DNA of 63,879 nucleotides, the filler included, from Octopus bimaculoides (taxonomy: Eukaryota), in NCBI RefSeq assembly GCF_001194135.2. It is 6 parts of 6 records of this genome, joined end to end, with 100 filler letters (N's around TTAATTAATTAA, not from the genome) between each part and the next. Parts side by side here need not be neighbours in the genome. Positions count along the whole stretch, not along the records: positions 9,027 to 20,846 come from NC_069004.1; positions 20,947 to 36,903 come from NC_068987.1; 4 more parts are not named here. One strand, given 5' to 3'. The position numbers were made by a program, and so were the translations under genes. Below the pieces are notes generated by a model. The model was not told the DNA's origin. It ran no database searches and saw only the letters and a list, made by a program, of their open reading frames with translations. Of the stretch, positions 11,714-27,440 are shown in pieces. How positions within the stretch are numbered: position 1 is the first letter of the stretch; every line of letters begins with the position of its first letter.

Positions 11714-12152
11714 CCTTTCTACTATAGGCACAAGGTCTGAAATTTTGGAGAGGAAGCGGAGTTGTCGAGTACATCAGCTCCAGTACTCAACTGGTACTTA
11801 TTTCTTCGAGCCCGGAAGAATGAAGGGCAAAGTCGATCTCGGCAGAATTTGAACTCAGAACGTAAAGACGGACGACATACTGCTTAGCATTTCGTTCAGC
11901 GTGCTAACGATTCTGCCAGCTCACGGCCTTAATAGTAAATATACATAATAGATGCACATCTGATAAATTATTTCCATGTAAGGTCTGAAATTTGAGGGGA
12001 GGGGCTAGTCACTTATATCGATTTTAGTGCTTAATTGATCAACACCAAAATGGTGAAAGGCAAATTCGACCTCGAACTCAGAACGTACAGACGGACGAAA
12101 TACCGCTACACGTTTTGTCCGGCTCAATAACAATTCTGCCAGTTCGCCGCTT
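11470..12152 (-). mobile_element. Three head-to-tail OR-like SINE copies
   Basis: Copies at ~11470-11675, 11714-11930 and 11983-12152, each the reverse complement of the 9174-9390 type; the first two are separated by (AAT)n. Confidence 0.8.
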
Positions 12153-12407
12153 TGACACGTCAGATAAATAAACTTAGTTTATTTCCCAATTTCCAGGATA
12201 CTTACCTATCTATGAAGAACTGTCATGAAGTAACTTAACGGTTCGACAAAATATTTTGATAGAATAAGTATCAAGCTTTAAAAAAATAACAAGTTCTGGG
12301 GTCGATTCGTTCGAGTAAAAATACTTCAAGTCGGTGCCCATCATGGCTGTAATCTAATGACTGAAACAAGTAAAAGATGAAAGTTAAAGAATGATTGCCT
12401 GCATCTT

Positions 12408-12925
12408 AGAGACGGAAGAACAGCAATGAAATAGTCTTTTATACAATAGGCACAAGACCTGAAATTTTGGGGAGGGATGGGACTCGTTGATTACTTTGAC
12501 CCCAGAGCATGACTGGTACCTGTTTCATCGACTCCGAAAGGATAAACGGCAAAGTCGACCTCAGCAGAATTTGNNNNNNNNNNTTTATACAATAGGCACA
12601 AGACCTGAAATTTTGGGGAGGGATGGGACTCGTTGATTACTTTGACCCCAGAGCATGACTGGTACCTCTTTCATCGACTTTGAAATGATGAAAAGCAAAG
12701 TCTACCTCAGTGGAAATTAAACTGAAAACTTAGAGACGGAAGAACAGCAATGAAATAGTCCTTTCTACAATAGGCACAAGACCTGAAATTTTGGAGAGGG
12801 GTGGGACTAGGGATGGTTACATTGACCCTAGAGCATGGCTGGTACTTATTTCATCGACTCCGAAAGGATGAAAGGCAAAGTTGACCTTGGCGGCATTCGA
12901 ACTCAGAACGTAAAGACGGCGGAAG
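12408..12925 (-). repeat. Tandem amplification of SINE 3' half plus unique flank (about 3 units)
   Basis: agagacggaagaacagcaatgaaatagtc at 12408 and 12732; acaataggcacaagacctgaaattttgg three times; 10-N gap between units 1 and 2. Confidence 0.7.
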
Positions 12926-13967
12926 AACAAAAAATGAGATAATAAGAGCTGACAGCAATGGGGGAAGAAAGAGAAACGAAAACATTTTAAAATGCATCGC
13001 AGCCTACGGGAAGAGTGGGTGAGTGAGAGGGAGTTAAACGGCTCGATATGATGCAGCTTTTGTAAAGGAAGATATTAATAATCAATACTTTGCAGTGTTG
13101 TGTATGAATGATAACAACAAAAAAGACAATAACAACAACAACAACGACAAGGATGAGAGCAACAAAATGAACAACAATAGCAGGGACGTCTGCTTAAAGA
13201 AAACATCGAAATAAATAAATAAATAAATAAAACTAACAACAACAAACAATAACAAAATAAAAAATTGAACATCAATGAGAACTATATGAGTAATTTAGCT
13301 CCTGCGTTTTGTTCAGCAATCATTTATAGCTATTAAAACAGCTTTTTACTTTAATGCAGTTGAGTGAACAATATGGCTGACTTGTCTATAATTCACAGGA
13401 ATCCGCGATTGATTTGTCAAGCAGTTAGACATGCCGCATGGATTATATACACCTGTGTGCATTTGTCTGTGTATGTATTATAAATAAATGGAGGAGAAGC
13501 GCCATAAGAAATGCGTTAGTGAATTAGTGACGGAGTTTCTGTTAGTCTTCATGCAATCTGTCTAATCTGGAGTAACGCGTTCGAGTTTCACTTGAGTGGA
13601 GAATATATTGTCGTTGATTAAAAAGTCATACCATTTGCTTGTTTTTTTTTTTTTAAATAAATTTCTTTGTAACTTTATCAGATTTAAGAATTTAAAGAGG
13701 CTGTAAGAAAGAAAATTCTAAAGAAAAATACAAATACATGTCGATTTATCAAAATCATATACACTCAATTTAGGAACACTATAAATATATACATACGTAC
13801 ATTCACACACAAGCACGCAGATTTCTTCAACTTTAATAAATATTATATTACTCTGCTGCTTGTATTCGAGTACTATTTTTCCCACCTTGTTTTGCATCCC
13901 TGTGCCAGTGTCTACTTGTGTGTGTGTATACATACATACATACACACATACATTTATACATACATAC

Positions 13968-14016
<49 letters not shown>

Positions 14017-14539
14017 AAAACGAAGTTGAAAAATTTATTGGTATTATATATATATTATAGATTATATATATATATGTATATATTTATATATATATATATT
14101 ATATATGTATATTATATTATATATTATATATATTATGTATATATATTATATTATATATATATATTCACTATTATACGTTTCATTTCGTAATAGGAATTAC
14201 AGAGTTTTCCATATTAGATAATTGACATGCTCCAGCATAACCACGGCCGTATGACTGAAACGAGTAAAAGAAAATATATATAAAGGAGAAGTGTAATAGC
14301 TCTTATTTCCAGCAATGTAAATGTCTCTAACACGCTAGTCATATTCAGAGACAATTATAGTATTCCTTCTAAGTAAAACATTACACACTGCTGTCTATAT
14401 ATATATGTATATACGTATGTATATAGAATACTTTATTTTGATTGAATCAGCAGTCTCTAGTCACTTTGAAGTTTGTTTGTCGAAACTCAGAGTAAGTCTC
14501 CTAGATTTTAGTCCTGAAGTGGGTACTACGTTGGTCATT

Positions 14540-14688
14540 TCATTCAAAAGGTTTGATAGTATTTTTGTTTGTAAGGTTACTAATGCTGTGTTTGAAATCT
14601 CCTTTCTGCAGAGGTGAGCTGGAGCTATCAGGTTCCTTTTGAAAGGGCTCTACCGCGGCTCCATTCACCAGGTTATCGTCGCACTGGA
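14540..14688 (-). CDS. Candidate terminal coding exon of an unidentified minus-strand gene
   Basis: Strong acceptor cccattttccccccttcttactttccag (AG 14690-14689); reads QCDDNLVNGAAVEPFQKEPDSSSSPLQKGDFKHSISNLTNKNTIKPFE*; AATAAA at 14437-14432. No homology recognised. Confidence 0.35.
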
Positions 14689-14799
14689 CTGGAAAGTAAG
14701 AAGGGGGGAAAATGGGAGTCCGGACAGGGTTAACCATCATGTATTTTAGCTTTTTACGTATTATGTTTCATGAATTATATTGGTTCAAAGTTTGGCACA

Positions 14800-15310
14800 A
14801 GACCAGCAATTTGGGGAGATGGGTTAAGTTGATAACAATGACGAATTGTTCAACTGGTTTTTATTTTATCGACCCGAAGAGAAAAATAAAGGCAAAGTCG
14901 ACTATGGCGGAATTTGAACTCTAAACGTAAAGACGGACGAAATGCCGTTAAGCATTTTGCCCTAAATTCTAACCATTCTGCCAAGTCACCGCTTTCGAGA
15001 GGATAAACGGCAAAGTCAACCTTAGCGTAGTTTGAACTCAGAACATTTAAGCCGAAAGAAATACCGCCAAACTTTTCGTCCGGATTGCTAACGATTCTGC
15101 TGGTGTGACGCCTTAACAATGATGATCCTTTCTTATTTTGACACACAGCCAGCAATTTTGAAGCCGACTACATCGACCCTAGTGTTCAACTGGTACTTTT
15201 TTCATCGGACCCCGGAAAAATGAACAGCAAGGTTGACCTCAGCGGAATTTGAACTTAGTACGTAAAAAAAGCCGGAAGAAATGATGCTAAGCATTTTGTC
15301 CGTCGTGCTA
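14800..15310 (-). mobile_element. Cluster of three truncated OR-like SINE copies
   Basis: Repeated ggcaaagtc(g/a)ac...gaatttgaactc...cgtaaagacggacgaaatgcc...gcattttg blocks. Confidence 0.75.
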
Positions 15311-15649
15311 CATATAAAAAAAAAGAAGCAAAAACAAAAAGCAAAATAACAACAACAGATAGTAAAGGTTTGACGATCGCTTCAATAGGTGTGATGGACC
15401 GTAAGTCGATATAATATAAATAGCTTCGCTAATCTGTGTGTTTTGCTAAGGAGAAAAACCGTATTTCTTTGGCATCATCTTTCATAATATTTATTGTCTA
15501 TTTCCATAAAGACTGCGGCAACATCATACAGATATATTTTGCAGTGTTCATTGTTCATTGTTCAGTTCTGCTTTTTTGTTTNNNNNNNNNNCACGACACA
15601 ACGAAAATGAAAAATGAAAAAAAAATTATAAATAAATAAATAAAAACGT

Positions 15650-18010
<2,361 letters not shown>

Positions 18011-18944
18011 GTGGGCTTAAAACTTTTTCCTTCAATCAAACAATCGTTTTATTCCTGTTGTATTTCACAATTTACTACTATTCTGATATATATTTATTTA
18101 TTTACCATTTTTTATGTCCTCTTTTCTTATGTTTATAGTCTATTTCTATTTGTTTCCTAATTCCAAACATCTTCATTGTCTATTTTATCCATTTCCTTCT
18201 CGAACACCTTTTATTCCTCTCCTCACCTCATCTCTACGACAGACACCATCTCATCTAACCTTAATACGTTCGCTTGTTTGCTTGCTCATCTTATGTCTTC
18301 TCACACTGCCCACACCACCACAAACCCATCCTGACACCCTGACTCTTATTTTTTTGCTTTTATTCTTCGTGTTCTCCATCAAACCATTCTTATGCTCATC
18401 ATTAATGTTGGTAAAAATATATTTATTCCTCTATTTTTATATGCAAATAATGGACGAAATCTGTTGTACTTTCCTTTCTTTTGATAGTTTTTATCTAGTC
18501 TGGTCTGATTTGGTCTCGTGATATTTGAATATTCTGGACACACGCAAACACATACACGCATACAATAATACAAATGCGTACATGCACATATTCGTACACG
18601 CATGAGCTCACATGTATATACGCACACTCGCCATAAAAGGTTTGAAAAAAACAAACCGAAAATGTCTGCTGACGAGAAATAAGTTCTATCGCTGACATAA
18701 GTTATTGCTTCCGAATATTTTTAGCTCATCCATGAAGATAAAAGTTTACGAAACATGCCGCTGTTTGTTTTCCCTTGCTCTTCTTCTTAACCTTCTAAAC
18801 GACTAAATTGTCTCGCCAAGTCTTGTAGCAGACAGGAATAACATGAATAACGAATTAATTTCAACTTATCCAAGTTTACGTAACCTTTCTTATTGACTGT
18901 TACTGGTTTTCTTTTATTTGGCATTATTCTTTGTACTTATTAAG

Positions 18945-19290
18945 GCGGTGCGTTGGTAGTATCGCTTGCACATAAGACGGAGAAAAATGGTCAACTGGCT
19001 TTGCTTCTAAATCTGTACGATCTGAGTTCAAGCCTATCCCACTGAGGCGACTTTAATATTTATCATTTTAAGTTCGATTAAGATAATCGAGAAACCCCTT
19101 CAATCCCTAAAATTGCTGGCCTTGTGCGAAAATTTCCAGTCATTATCATTTTAAGGTAGTGAGCTGGCCGAATCGATAGCACAGCGAACCAAACGTTTAG
19201 CAGCATTTCGGCCGTTTTTACATTTTGAGTTCAAATTCTGGCGAGGTTGCCTTTTATCCTTTTGGGGTCGATCAAATAAGTACCAGTTAT
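18945..19290 (+). mobile_element. Two degenerate OR-like SINE copies
   Basis: taaggcggtgcgttggtag...tctgagttcaa (18943-19060) and aaggtagtgagctggccgaatc...gagttcaaattc...ggggtcgat...taccagtt (19153-19290). Confidence 0.7.
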
Positions 19291-19307
19291 ACACTGTGTT
19301 CGAAAAT

Positions 19308-19476
19308 AGGGCGAACGTTGCTGTAATTTAGCCCCAGGAGAATCGTCTCCAGCTGGCTATACGACATGATCTGTGTCCTTATATTTTCAAACACGGGAAT
19401 ATAAAGACACAGATCGTGTCGTACAGCCAGTTAGAGACTATGTCTCCTGGGGCTAAATTACAGCAACATTCGTCCT
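19308..19476. mobile_element. Palindromic fold-back element (MITE-like), ~169 nt
   Basis: Arms aggg/cgaacgttgctgtaatttagccccaggaga...gtgtccttatatt and aatataaagacac...tctcctggggctaaattacagcaacattcgtcct around a ~12-nt loop. Confidence 0.8.
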
Positions 19477-20023
19477 AAACCAGGACTGCCATGTTATGCT
19501 GGCAAACAATCTTTACTACAAAGTACTGTTGCTGAATATCTCATGACTATTTCTATTTTAAATCACTATTTTAAATTACTATTTTTAAATCTCACGAGAT
19601 GTATATACTAACCGTTGAGATAGACAAAGTTTTAAAAACCTAACTGTAAGACGGTAAACGTTTGGAATACATTCACAGCATGTTTAAGAAATACATAGTA
19701 AAAATATTTGTTATCGCAGAGGAAAATATGAGCTACGGATGAACCATAGGAGTTTTAATAGTTAAAGATAGTTAAAAATGAAGCCTAAGATGATATCTAC
19801 TAGTTTCAATCCTTATTAAACATTCATCACGGATCATTTGCTCTCATGTTGCATCTGACAAAGTTATGGAGAATATTTCTACTTATGAATTATGCAAACC
19901 GTTTTTAAAAAAAAAAACAATCACATATCCGATCCGTTTAGAAGCAATTTCATTGCACAGCTTTCGGCTGCACACCTTTAAGTGCAACTACAATCAGCAA
20001 CAAAGACAAGAACAACACCTAGG

Positions 20024-20079
<56 letters not shown>

Positions 20080-20776
20080 GTGTGTGTGTGTGGAACGAGA
20101 AGTGACTTTTTAAGTGGAAACACGTGGCTGTAATAATGGTGGTACAATGCGCAGTAATATTGACTGGAAGTGTACGTAGCTTAATATATAATTGACTAAA
20201 CAACTCTTTTGCACAATGAACCGACAGCTTTAACAAGAAGCGAATTGTCTCGGGAATCATTATCTACCATTTAGCAGTGAGGGTCGGTGTTAATATGTCT
20301 ATTGTTTGAATGTGTCAGAAGTCTTGACAACAATAGCACACAATAATAATAACAGCAACAACAACAACAACAACAATAATAATAATAATAATAATAATAA
20401 GCAAATCAACCAATGAAACAACTCCGAGTGTTGTAACATCAACGACAATAACAGCAACAACAACAATTCCAATGGCGACTAGTATTTCTACTATAACCAC
20501 TAATACTACAATAACTGCAATTAGTTTAACAAAAAACGGCTTAACAACGGGCGCGTGTTTGTGGTTAAGGGGCCGATAATCGCTTAAGACGAAACGATTG
20601 ATGTTTTTCCCAACGACACCAACACCTCTCCCTTCCCGTCATGCATTTTTAATTCCAGTTTAAAATATACTTATAATCTGCATTTTTCATCTCGGGTGCA
20701 TTTAGTGGCAACGGCATTATTGTATTTAAATATTTTATCAGCACCACCAGCGATCACCATCGCCACAACTACACAA

Positions 20777-20846
<70 letters not shown>

Positions 20847-20946
20847 NNNNNNNNNNNNNNNNNNNNNNNNNNNNNNNNNNNNNNNNNNNNTTAATTAATT
20901 AANNNNNNNNNNNNNNNNNNNNNNNNNNNNNNNNNNNNNNNNNNNN
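20847..20946. other. Assembly join spacer
   Basis: TTAATTAATTAA at 20891-20902 within N runs. Confidence 0.9.
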
Positions 20947-20996
<50 letters not shown>

Positions 20997-21689
20997 TTCC
21001 AACTACACACCCTCCCGCTTCGACGTACACTTTCGTTTATATATATCCATTATACATTCAACACTGGCCAATCCGATTTCACCATTGGCCCCCCGACTAA
21101 GGCAACGACAGCAACGCCATTATATTTAATATTGTTTCACTAACTCTCTCTCTCTCCTTCTCTGTCTCCCCCCTCTCTCTCCCTCTCTCTCTTTCTCTCT
21201 CTTTCTCTCTCTCTCCACGCACTCACACATGCATACACACATACACACACACATACATACAGCACACACAACAGACGCATACACACACATATAGGACAAG
21301 ACAGAAAAAGAAAGGCGGAGTGGGGAAGAAGAGAGGAAGAGAGGGAGACAGCTGTACGTTGGAGGCCAGCTGTGATGCATCAGAACCGCCATGCTGAAAG
21401 ACAATCAAAACGTGACCATCCCGTCTTATTTAGAGATATCAAAGATTAGTTATGGAGACGCAAACGCACCAACATCGGTTGTCAAGAATTCTCTTGTGTC
21501 ATTGTCTGGATAGATTTTAGTAGAACATTATTGGAACAGTGCGACGTTTTGGAAATGCTTTCTCTGTGTATACTATGGAACTCGAAAACCTTTTTGAAGA
21601 ACTGTTGTCATCAACTGTGTGTGTTTGTGTTTGTGTGTGTGTGTGCGCGCGCGCGTGTGTATCTGCTTGCATATGTGTGTATGAGTGTG

Positions 21690-21729
<40 letters not shown>

Positions 21730-22238
21730 TGTGTGTGGTATGGAAGACACTGTTAATAGAATCGCAAAGGATGAGTTTGAAAGAGGCGTGGCTCTTATTA
21801 AGCCACATCCCTTTAAATATGGCCTAATTTTAATAAGAGGGGGTTCCACCTTGCATATAGTTGATGGGACACTCAAGTCAGTGGACAAATACACACACAT
21901 ACACCTATAAACGTGTGTGTGTGCATATGTGTGTGTGTGTGTGTACGTATATATGTATATATAACTTTGATAAATCTGATGACTTAATAACACCTACATT
22001 GAAATATATTCCTTTATTGTGTTATCTGGTTCAGTCATCTGACTGCGGCCATGCTGCAGCACCGCCTCTAGTCGAACAAATCGACCCCAGGACTTATTCT
22101 TTGTAAATCTGCATTGTTTCAATATATTCTTTCAATATTATACTTTACGAGACATTAGAATTATATGTATATGTATTTATGTATGTCTATTCATATATAT
22201 CAATATATATGCATACACACACATACGTATATATATAT

Positions 22239-22304
<66 letters not shown>

Positions 22305-23100
22305 TTGCACATACATATATATATACATATATATATATATACATACATACACATATATACGTATCTACATACATATACAGATACATATATATACATATAC
22401 ATATATATGTGAATATATATATATATATACATATATACATGCATATATACGTATATATATATATATTAAATAATGGGAGTAGAAATTAATATTAATTAAA
22501 TTAATATTTATTTAAACCAGTGGCCTAGCGTATCTAAATAACCATATTTTCTAACAGGTAAATTCCCTGCAGAAAATTATTAACTGCGGAGTTCTTTCCG
22601 GCTTCGGCGCGCCAAAACGAAGACATTTGAAATATATCCCCAAAGATAACTGATAGAACTTTATACATGTCTTGTCTTGAGAGGAAGTCTCGTGTTTAGT
22701 TCTGTGAATTATATTTTCCTGGCGGTCACACGTAATGTAAAGGATAACAACGAAACCATGGTATGTGGCTTTTTCACCAAATTTTGTATCTTTTTTTTTT
22801 TGTCTTGCTCGCTTTACGTTCTGGCGTTTGCTAAAATTTCTTGAGAGCAATTTTCTTCGTGGTTAGACCGTTTGGGGGGGGGGGGTCTTCGTCGAATATA
22901 TTAGGAATCCAACCGGTGGTCATTCTTCTTTATATATACGTATATAGAGAGAGAGAGGGAGAGAGNNNNNNNNNNNNNNNNNNNNNNNNNGGAGAGAGAG
23001 AGGGAGAGAGAGAGGAAAAGAGAGAGGGATAGAGAGAGAGGAAGAGAGAGAGGGAGAGAGAGGAAGAGACAGACAGACAGACAGACGGACAGACAAGTAA

Positions 23101-23178
<78 letters not shown>

Positions 23179-23750
23179 GGAAAAATACTGTTTCGACTGA
23201 AACATTTACTGTCTGTTTTAAAACATAAAACCTGTTTAACTCAAACAAATATAAAACTCTAATGCCTTTTTGAATCCTTCCTTCTTACGCTTCCTCTGTT
23301 TATATATATACACGTATATATGCGTGTGTGTGTGTGTGTGAGTATGCATGTTATACATGTATATTCGAAAAACAAGACTCATCAATCATCCCCCTGCTAA
23401 TTTTCTTAATAGATTTGGTCGGCCAGCCAGAATTAATGTTGTTTATAGAGAAGTAGTGTTGTAATAACCCAGTCTTGCAGTTTTGTAGTCATGTAATAGA
23501 ACGAATTTGTTTGTTATATAAAACATTTGACGTTACTGCATCATATATATATATATNNNNNNNNNNNNNNNNNNNNNNNNNNNNNNNNNNNNNNNNNNNN
23601 NNNNNNNNNNNNNNNNNNNNNNNNNNNNNNNNNNNNNNNNNNNNNNNNNNNNNNNNNNNNNNNNNNNNNNNNNNNNNNNNNNNNNNNNNNNNNNNNNNNN
23701 NNNNNNNNNNNNNNNNNNNNNNNNNNNNNNNNNNNNNNNNNNNNNNNNNN

Positions 23751-23800
<50 letters not shown>

Positions 23801-23932
23801 GTGTGGTACATGCACGTATACATGTTCATTCAAATATACACATACATAAATGAACGTGTACAAATGTACAATTGTACACATATATGCTTGTATGCACACA
23901 TACAATCATATTCGAATGTGCATCATATATTA

Positions 23933-23970
<38 letters not shown>

Positions 23971-24302
23971 ATCATGAATGTATATGTGTAGTGTATGTAT
24001 AAAGTTTATGCTGCTAAGTTTTAGTTGCGGGAGGAGCGGTCACTGACCTCAACTTAATTAAGCAAATCGCTAATGAGATCTTAAAAAGGAATCCATATTT
24101 ATCAGTCATTGTTGTTTTAGAGGTTTTGCAGTATTCTTTGTTGGCAATGCGAACCCCCTTCTGAACGGCATCAGGGGGAAGGAAATAAGGGACGTTGAAT
24201 TAGAATTAACGGTCCGGGGGGGGGGGGTCTATGTCTGTGTTTGTGTGAAACATTGATTTTTTTTTTTTTCTTGTGCAGGTTTAGATTTATACTACTTTCC
24301 TT

Positions 24303-24630
24303 TAAGGCGGCGAGCTGTCAGAAACGTTAGCACGCCGGGCAAAATGCTTAGCGGTATTTCGTCTGCAGTTACATTCTGAGTTCAAATTCCGCCGAGATCG
24401 ACTTTGCCTTTCATCTTTTCGGGGTCGATAAATTAAGTACCAGTTACGCACTGGAGTCGATGTATTCGACTTAATCCCCTTGTTTGTTCTTGTGTGTCTC
24501 CTCTATGTTTAGCCCCTTGTGGGCAATGAAGAAATAAGAGATGTTAGCACGCCGGGCGAAATGTTTAGCGTTATTTCGTCTGCCGTTACGTTCTGAGTTC
24601 AAATTCCGCCGAGGTCGACTTTACCTTTCA
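24303..24630 (+). mobile_element. OR-like SINE, full copy plus internal re-start (tandem)
   Basis: ttaaggcggcgagctgtcagaaacgttagcacgccgggc...; a second gttagcacgccgggcgaaatg at 24543; same layout as 46531-46960. Confidence 0.8.
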
Positions 24631-25389
24631 TGATGTGTGTGTGTGTGTATTGAAGCTAAGATTAAGTTCAGTTTTCATTGGGTTTGGTTTATGTGCGTAA
24701 CTGTGACATTATTTCATTATCAAATCCGTACCATTTGCGTTGGGACCAACGGAACTATCTTACTTATTGTCTCCGTACCTTGGCCTTCATTTCAGAGTCA
24801 GATCCCCATAATATCGTGATTGGTGTAATCATTCAAGACTTACCAAACTCTCACAGGGTGTTTTAGAAATTGTTAAGAAACCACGTCACGTGGTGTTTTA
24901 AGGAAATCAATAACCCCCTCCACACACACGCACACTGTCTACATTGCCTACTATCGAAAATAGTTTGTATAGAATTTGGCCGGAGATACACTGAAAACCA
25001 TCTTTTTGGTAAAGAACATGGACCAGGTGCAGCATAGTCAGAGACTGGTGGAATATGGCATTCAAATACTCGGCAAGGAATTACAACGCTACCACACGCA
25101 TAACATCAAAAAGCACGCCAACATTTAATGGATGCGATTACATATATATGTATATATATGCGAGCGTGTGTGTGTGTGCGTATGTGTGAGTGTATGCGTA
25201 TATGCATGCATATGTATGTACATGTATAAGTATTTGTATATGTATATGTATATTTATGTATATGTATGTATATGTATGTGTATATATACAAGCATGTGCA
25301 TACACATATGCATTTATGCAAATAGCTATACATATATATACATGTGTGTATGTATATCTATACATGTGCATATATAAGTGTGCATATAT

Positions 25390-25457
<68 letters not shown>

Positions 25458-27354
25458 GTGTGTGTGTGTATACATACCTGGATATATACATTTTTATTTA
25501 TAGCACATAAATTGGCTTATAACATGTGAAATGTATTTTCGTGTACAAGGTGTGGTTCACATATTTATTCATCTCTATACGTTTTCCTGATAATTGAAGA
25601 AGTGGTTCGCTTTGAAATCGGCTAATATTTCACTGTTGACGAGCAGAGTGGGTTTAAGACGACCAACAAAATACCAGCTGCTCTCTGCACCTCCTTTTTA
25701 CATACAAACAGATCTAAGTTGATGATTGACGGCATAAATCGTTAGCAATATGTATCTACTTGATGACCTTACACCAAAATACTCATCAAAGTGTTTTACT
25801 AAAGATCTCATGTTAAGCCAGTTACATGTTAGCAACGAATTGCTGTGTCTCTAGCGTGACATCTTGTCATGACACTCGTCACAGTTGCTTACACAAAAGA
25901 ACAATGGTACAATAACTTACAGTTTTGGATTCCTTGCAATCAGCAGTTTCAAGAGCTTCCTACATTTCGCGACATCCGTTTTAAAATTAAATTCCTTACG
26001 TCGAGAACAATATGGTAGTATTTCATTATTTAGTATCTTTTTGCCAATGGGCGCACGTGTAAGCTACATCATAACAACATATGCATACATACAGACATAC
26101 ATACATACATACATCTCAAACTAAATTATTTAATAGAGTCTCGGTGTTACTCGTTCCACTCTGACCATATTCCACCTCTGTTCGTTGTCCATTCAGTCCT
26201 TATCAACACAAGGCGATGGCGGAGGTGTTGCTTGTTAATGGCGAACAGAAGTGTTCCTGGTAATTTTCTTTTGGATTTGACCATTAAGTGACCAGTATTT
26301 TCACCAAATTCGGAGATTCGACTGGTGGTACTTCGACAAAACTAGTTCTTTTCCTCTTGTGTCATCTTTTCTTGCTTTCCTGGGAGAAATCCACTTAAAA
26401 ATCCTTTCGTGAGACACATACAAAAACGGAACTTTTTATCCTGCGCCACCAGCCATTGAATCCGTTTTCGTATCGACGACGGAACATAGCATTAGAATAA
26501 CCCTGTGATCTTCTGGGATTATAGAAATTTGAATGTCTACATTGAACCTTCCTTACCTTATGTCGCTTCTAATCAGTTTGGTGATCACTAACTGCCCTTA
26601 TTTCCACCAAAGGGATAATTTGCCAAGGCTTAACGTCATCTTCAATGCCTTTCACTGAATCCCTCTTGCTGCACAGCCCCATGTATTATTACAGAACTCA
26701 AAACAAATGAATGACGCACGGGACCGACTTCATTTTATTTCTCTGGCTTCCTTTATGAAACCCTGGCATACAATCCCTCATCTCCTACCCCGATCAATGG
26801 AGGAGTTATCACTCCCTAATAAATCGGGACTTCTACGGCTTGATTGAACAGAAAAAGAAAAGATCCTCCGAGTGTTCTTTAGGGATGTAGCTATATGTGC
26901 CATTTCTCTTAGCTCAATCTTCAATAAAGATCCCAGGAAGTGAACCACATCCCTTGCTCCAAGCACGTCCATCTTATCTCTTCCTAGTCACAAATGTTTC
27001 ATTTCCTCTCTATGTCTAGAAACACTAACGTAAGCGTACACACTGTATTGCTCAGAAGACATTCACTCACTAAAAAAGGCATTTTAACCAAATATGTGAA
27101 TGGTTCGTTGTTGTGGTTTAACAGCATTTTTCACATGGTCCGCATTGACATTTATACATATTATAATATTAATACTTTTTGTGGAAATCGCTTTTCTGGC
27201 AATAAAATGAAATATGATATATATATACATACATATATATATATATATATATATNNNNNNNNNNNNNNNNNNNNNNNNNNNNNNNNNNNNNNNNNNNNNN
27301 NNNNNNNNNNNNNNNNNNNNNNNNNNNNNNNNNNNNNNNNNNNNNNNNNNNNNN

Positions 27355-27397
<43 letters not shown>

Positions 27398-27440
27398 GGG
27401 TGGACGCATGGATGGATGGATAGGTCTGTCCATAGGAGTT

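Noticed and set aside
19552-19602. Three ~16-bp repeats (ctattttaaat..)
   Set aside because: Short, AT-only local slippage with no further structure.
21539-21910. 123-aa ORF with protein-like ends
   Set aside because: It spans (TG)n repeats and a MITE-like hairpin; no convincing splice sites or family motif.
25921-26063. Minus-strand exon candidate LTRAPIGKK...KCRKLLKLLIARNPK with a gtaagt donor (faintly kinase subdomain XI-like)
   Set aside because: The acceptor lacks a pyrimidine tract, the similarity is too weak, and there are no partner exons.
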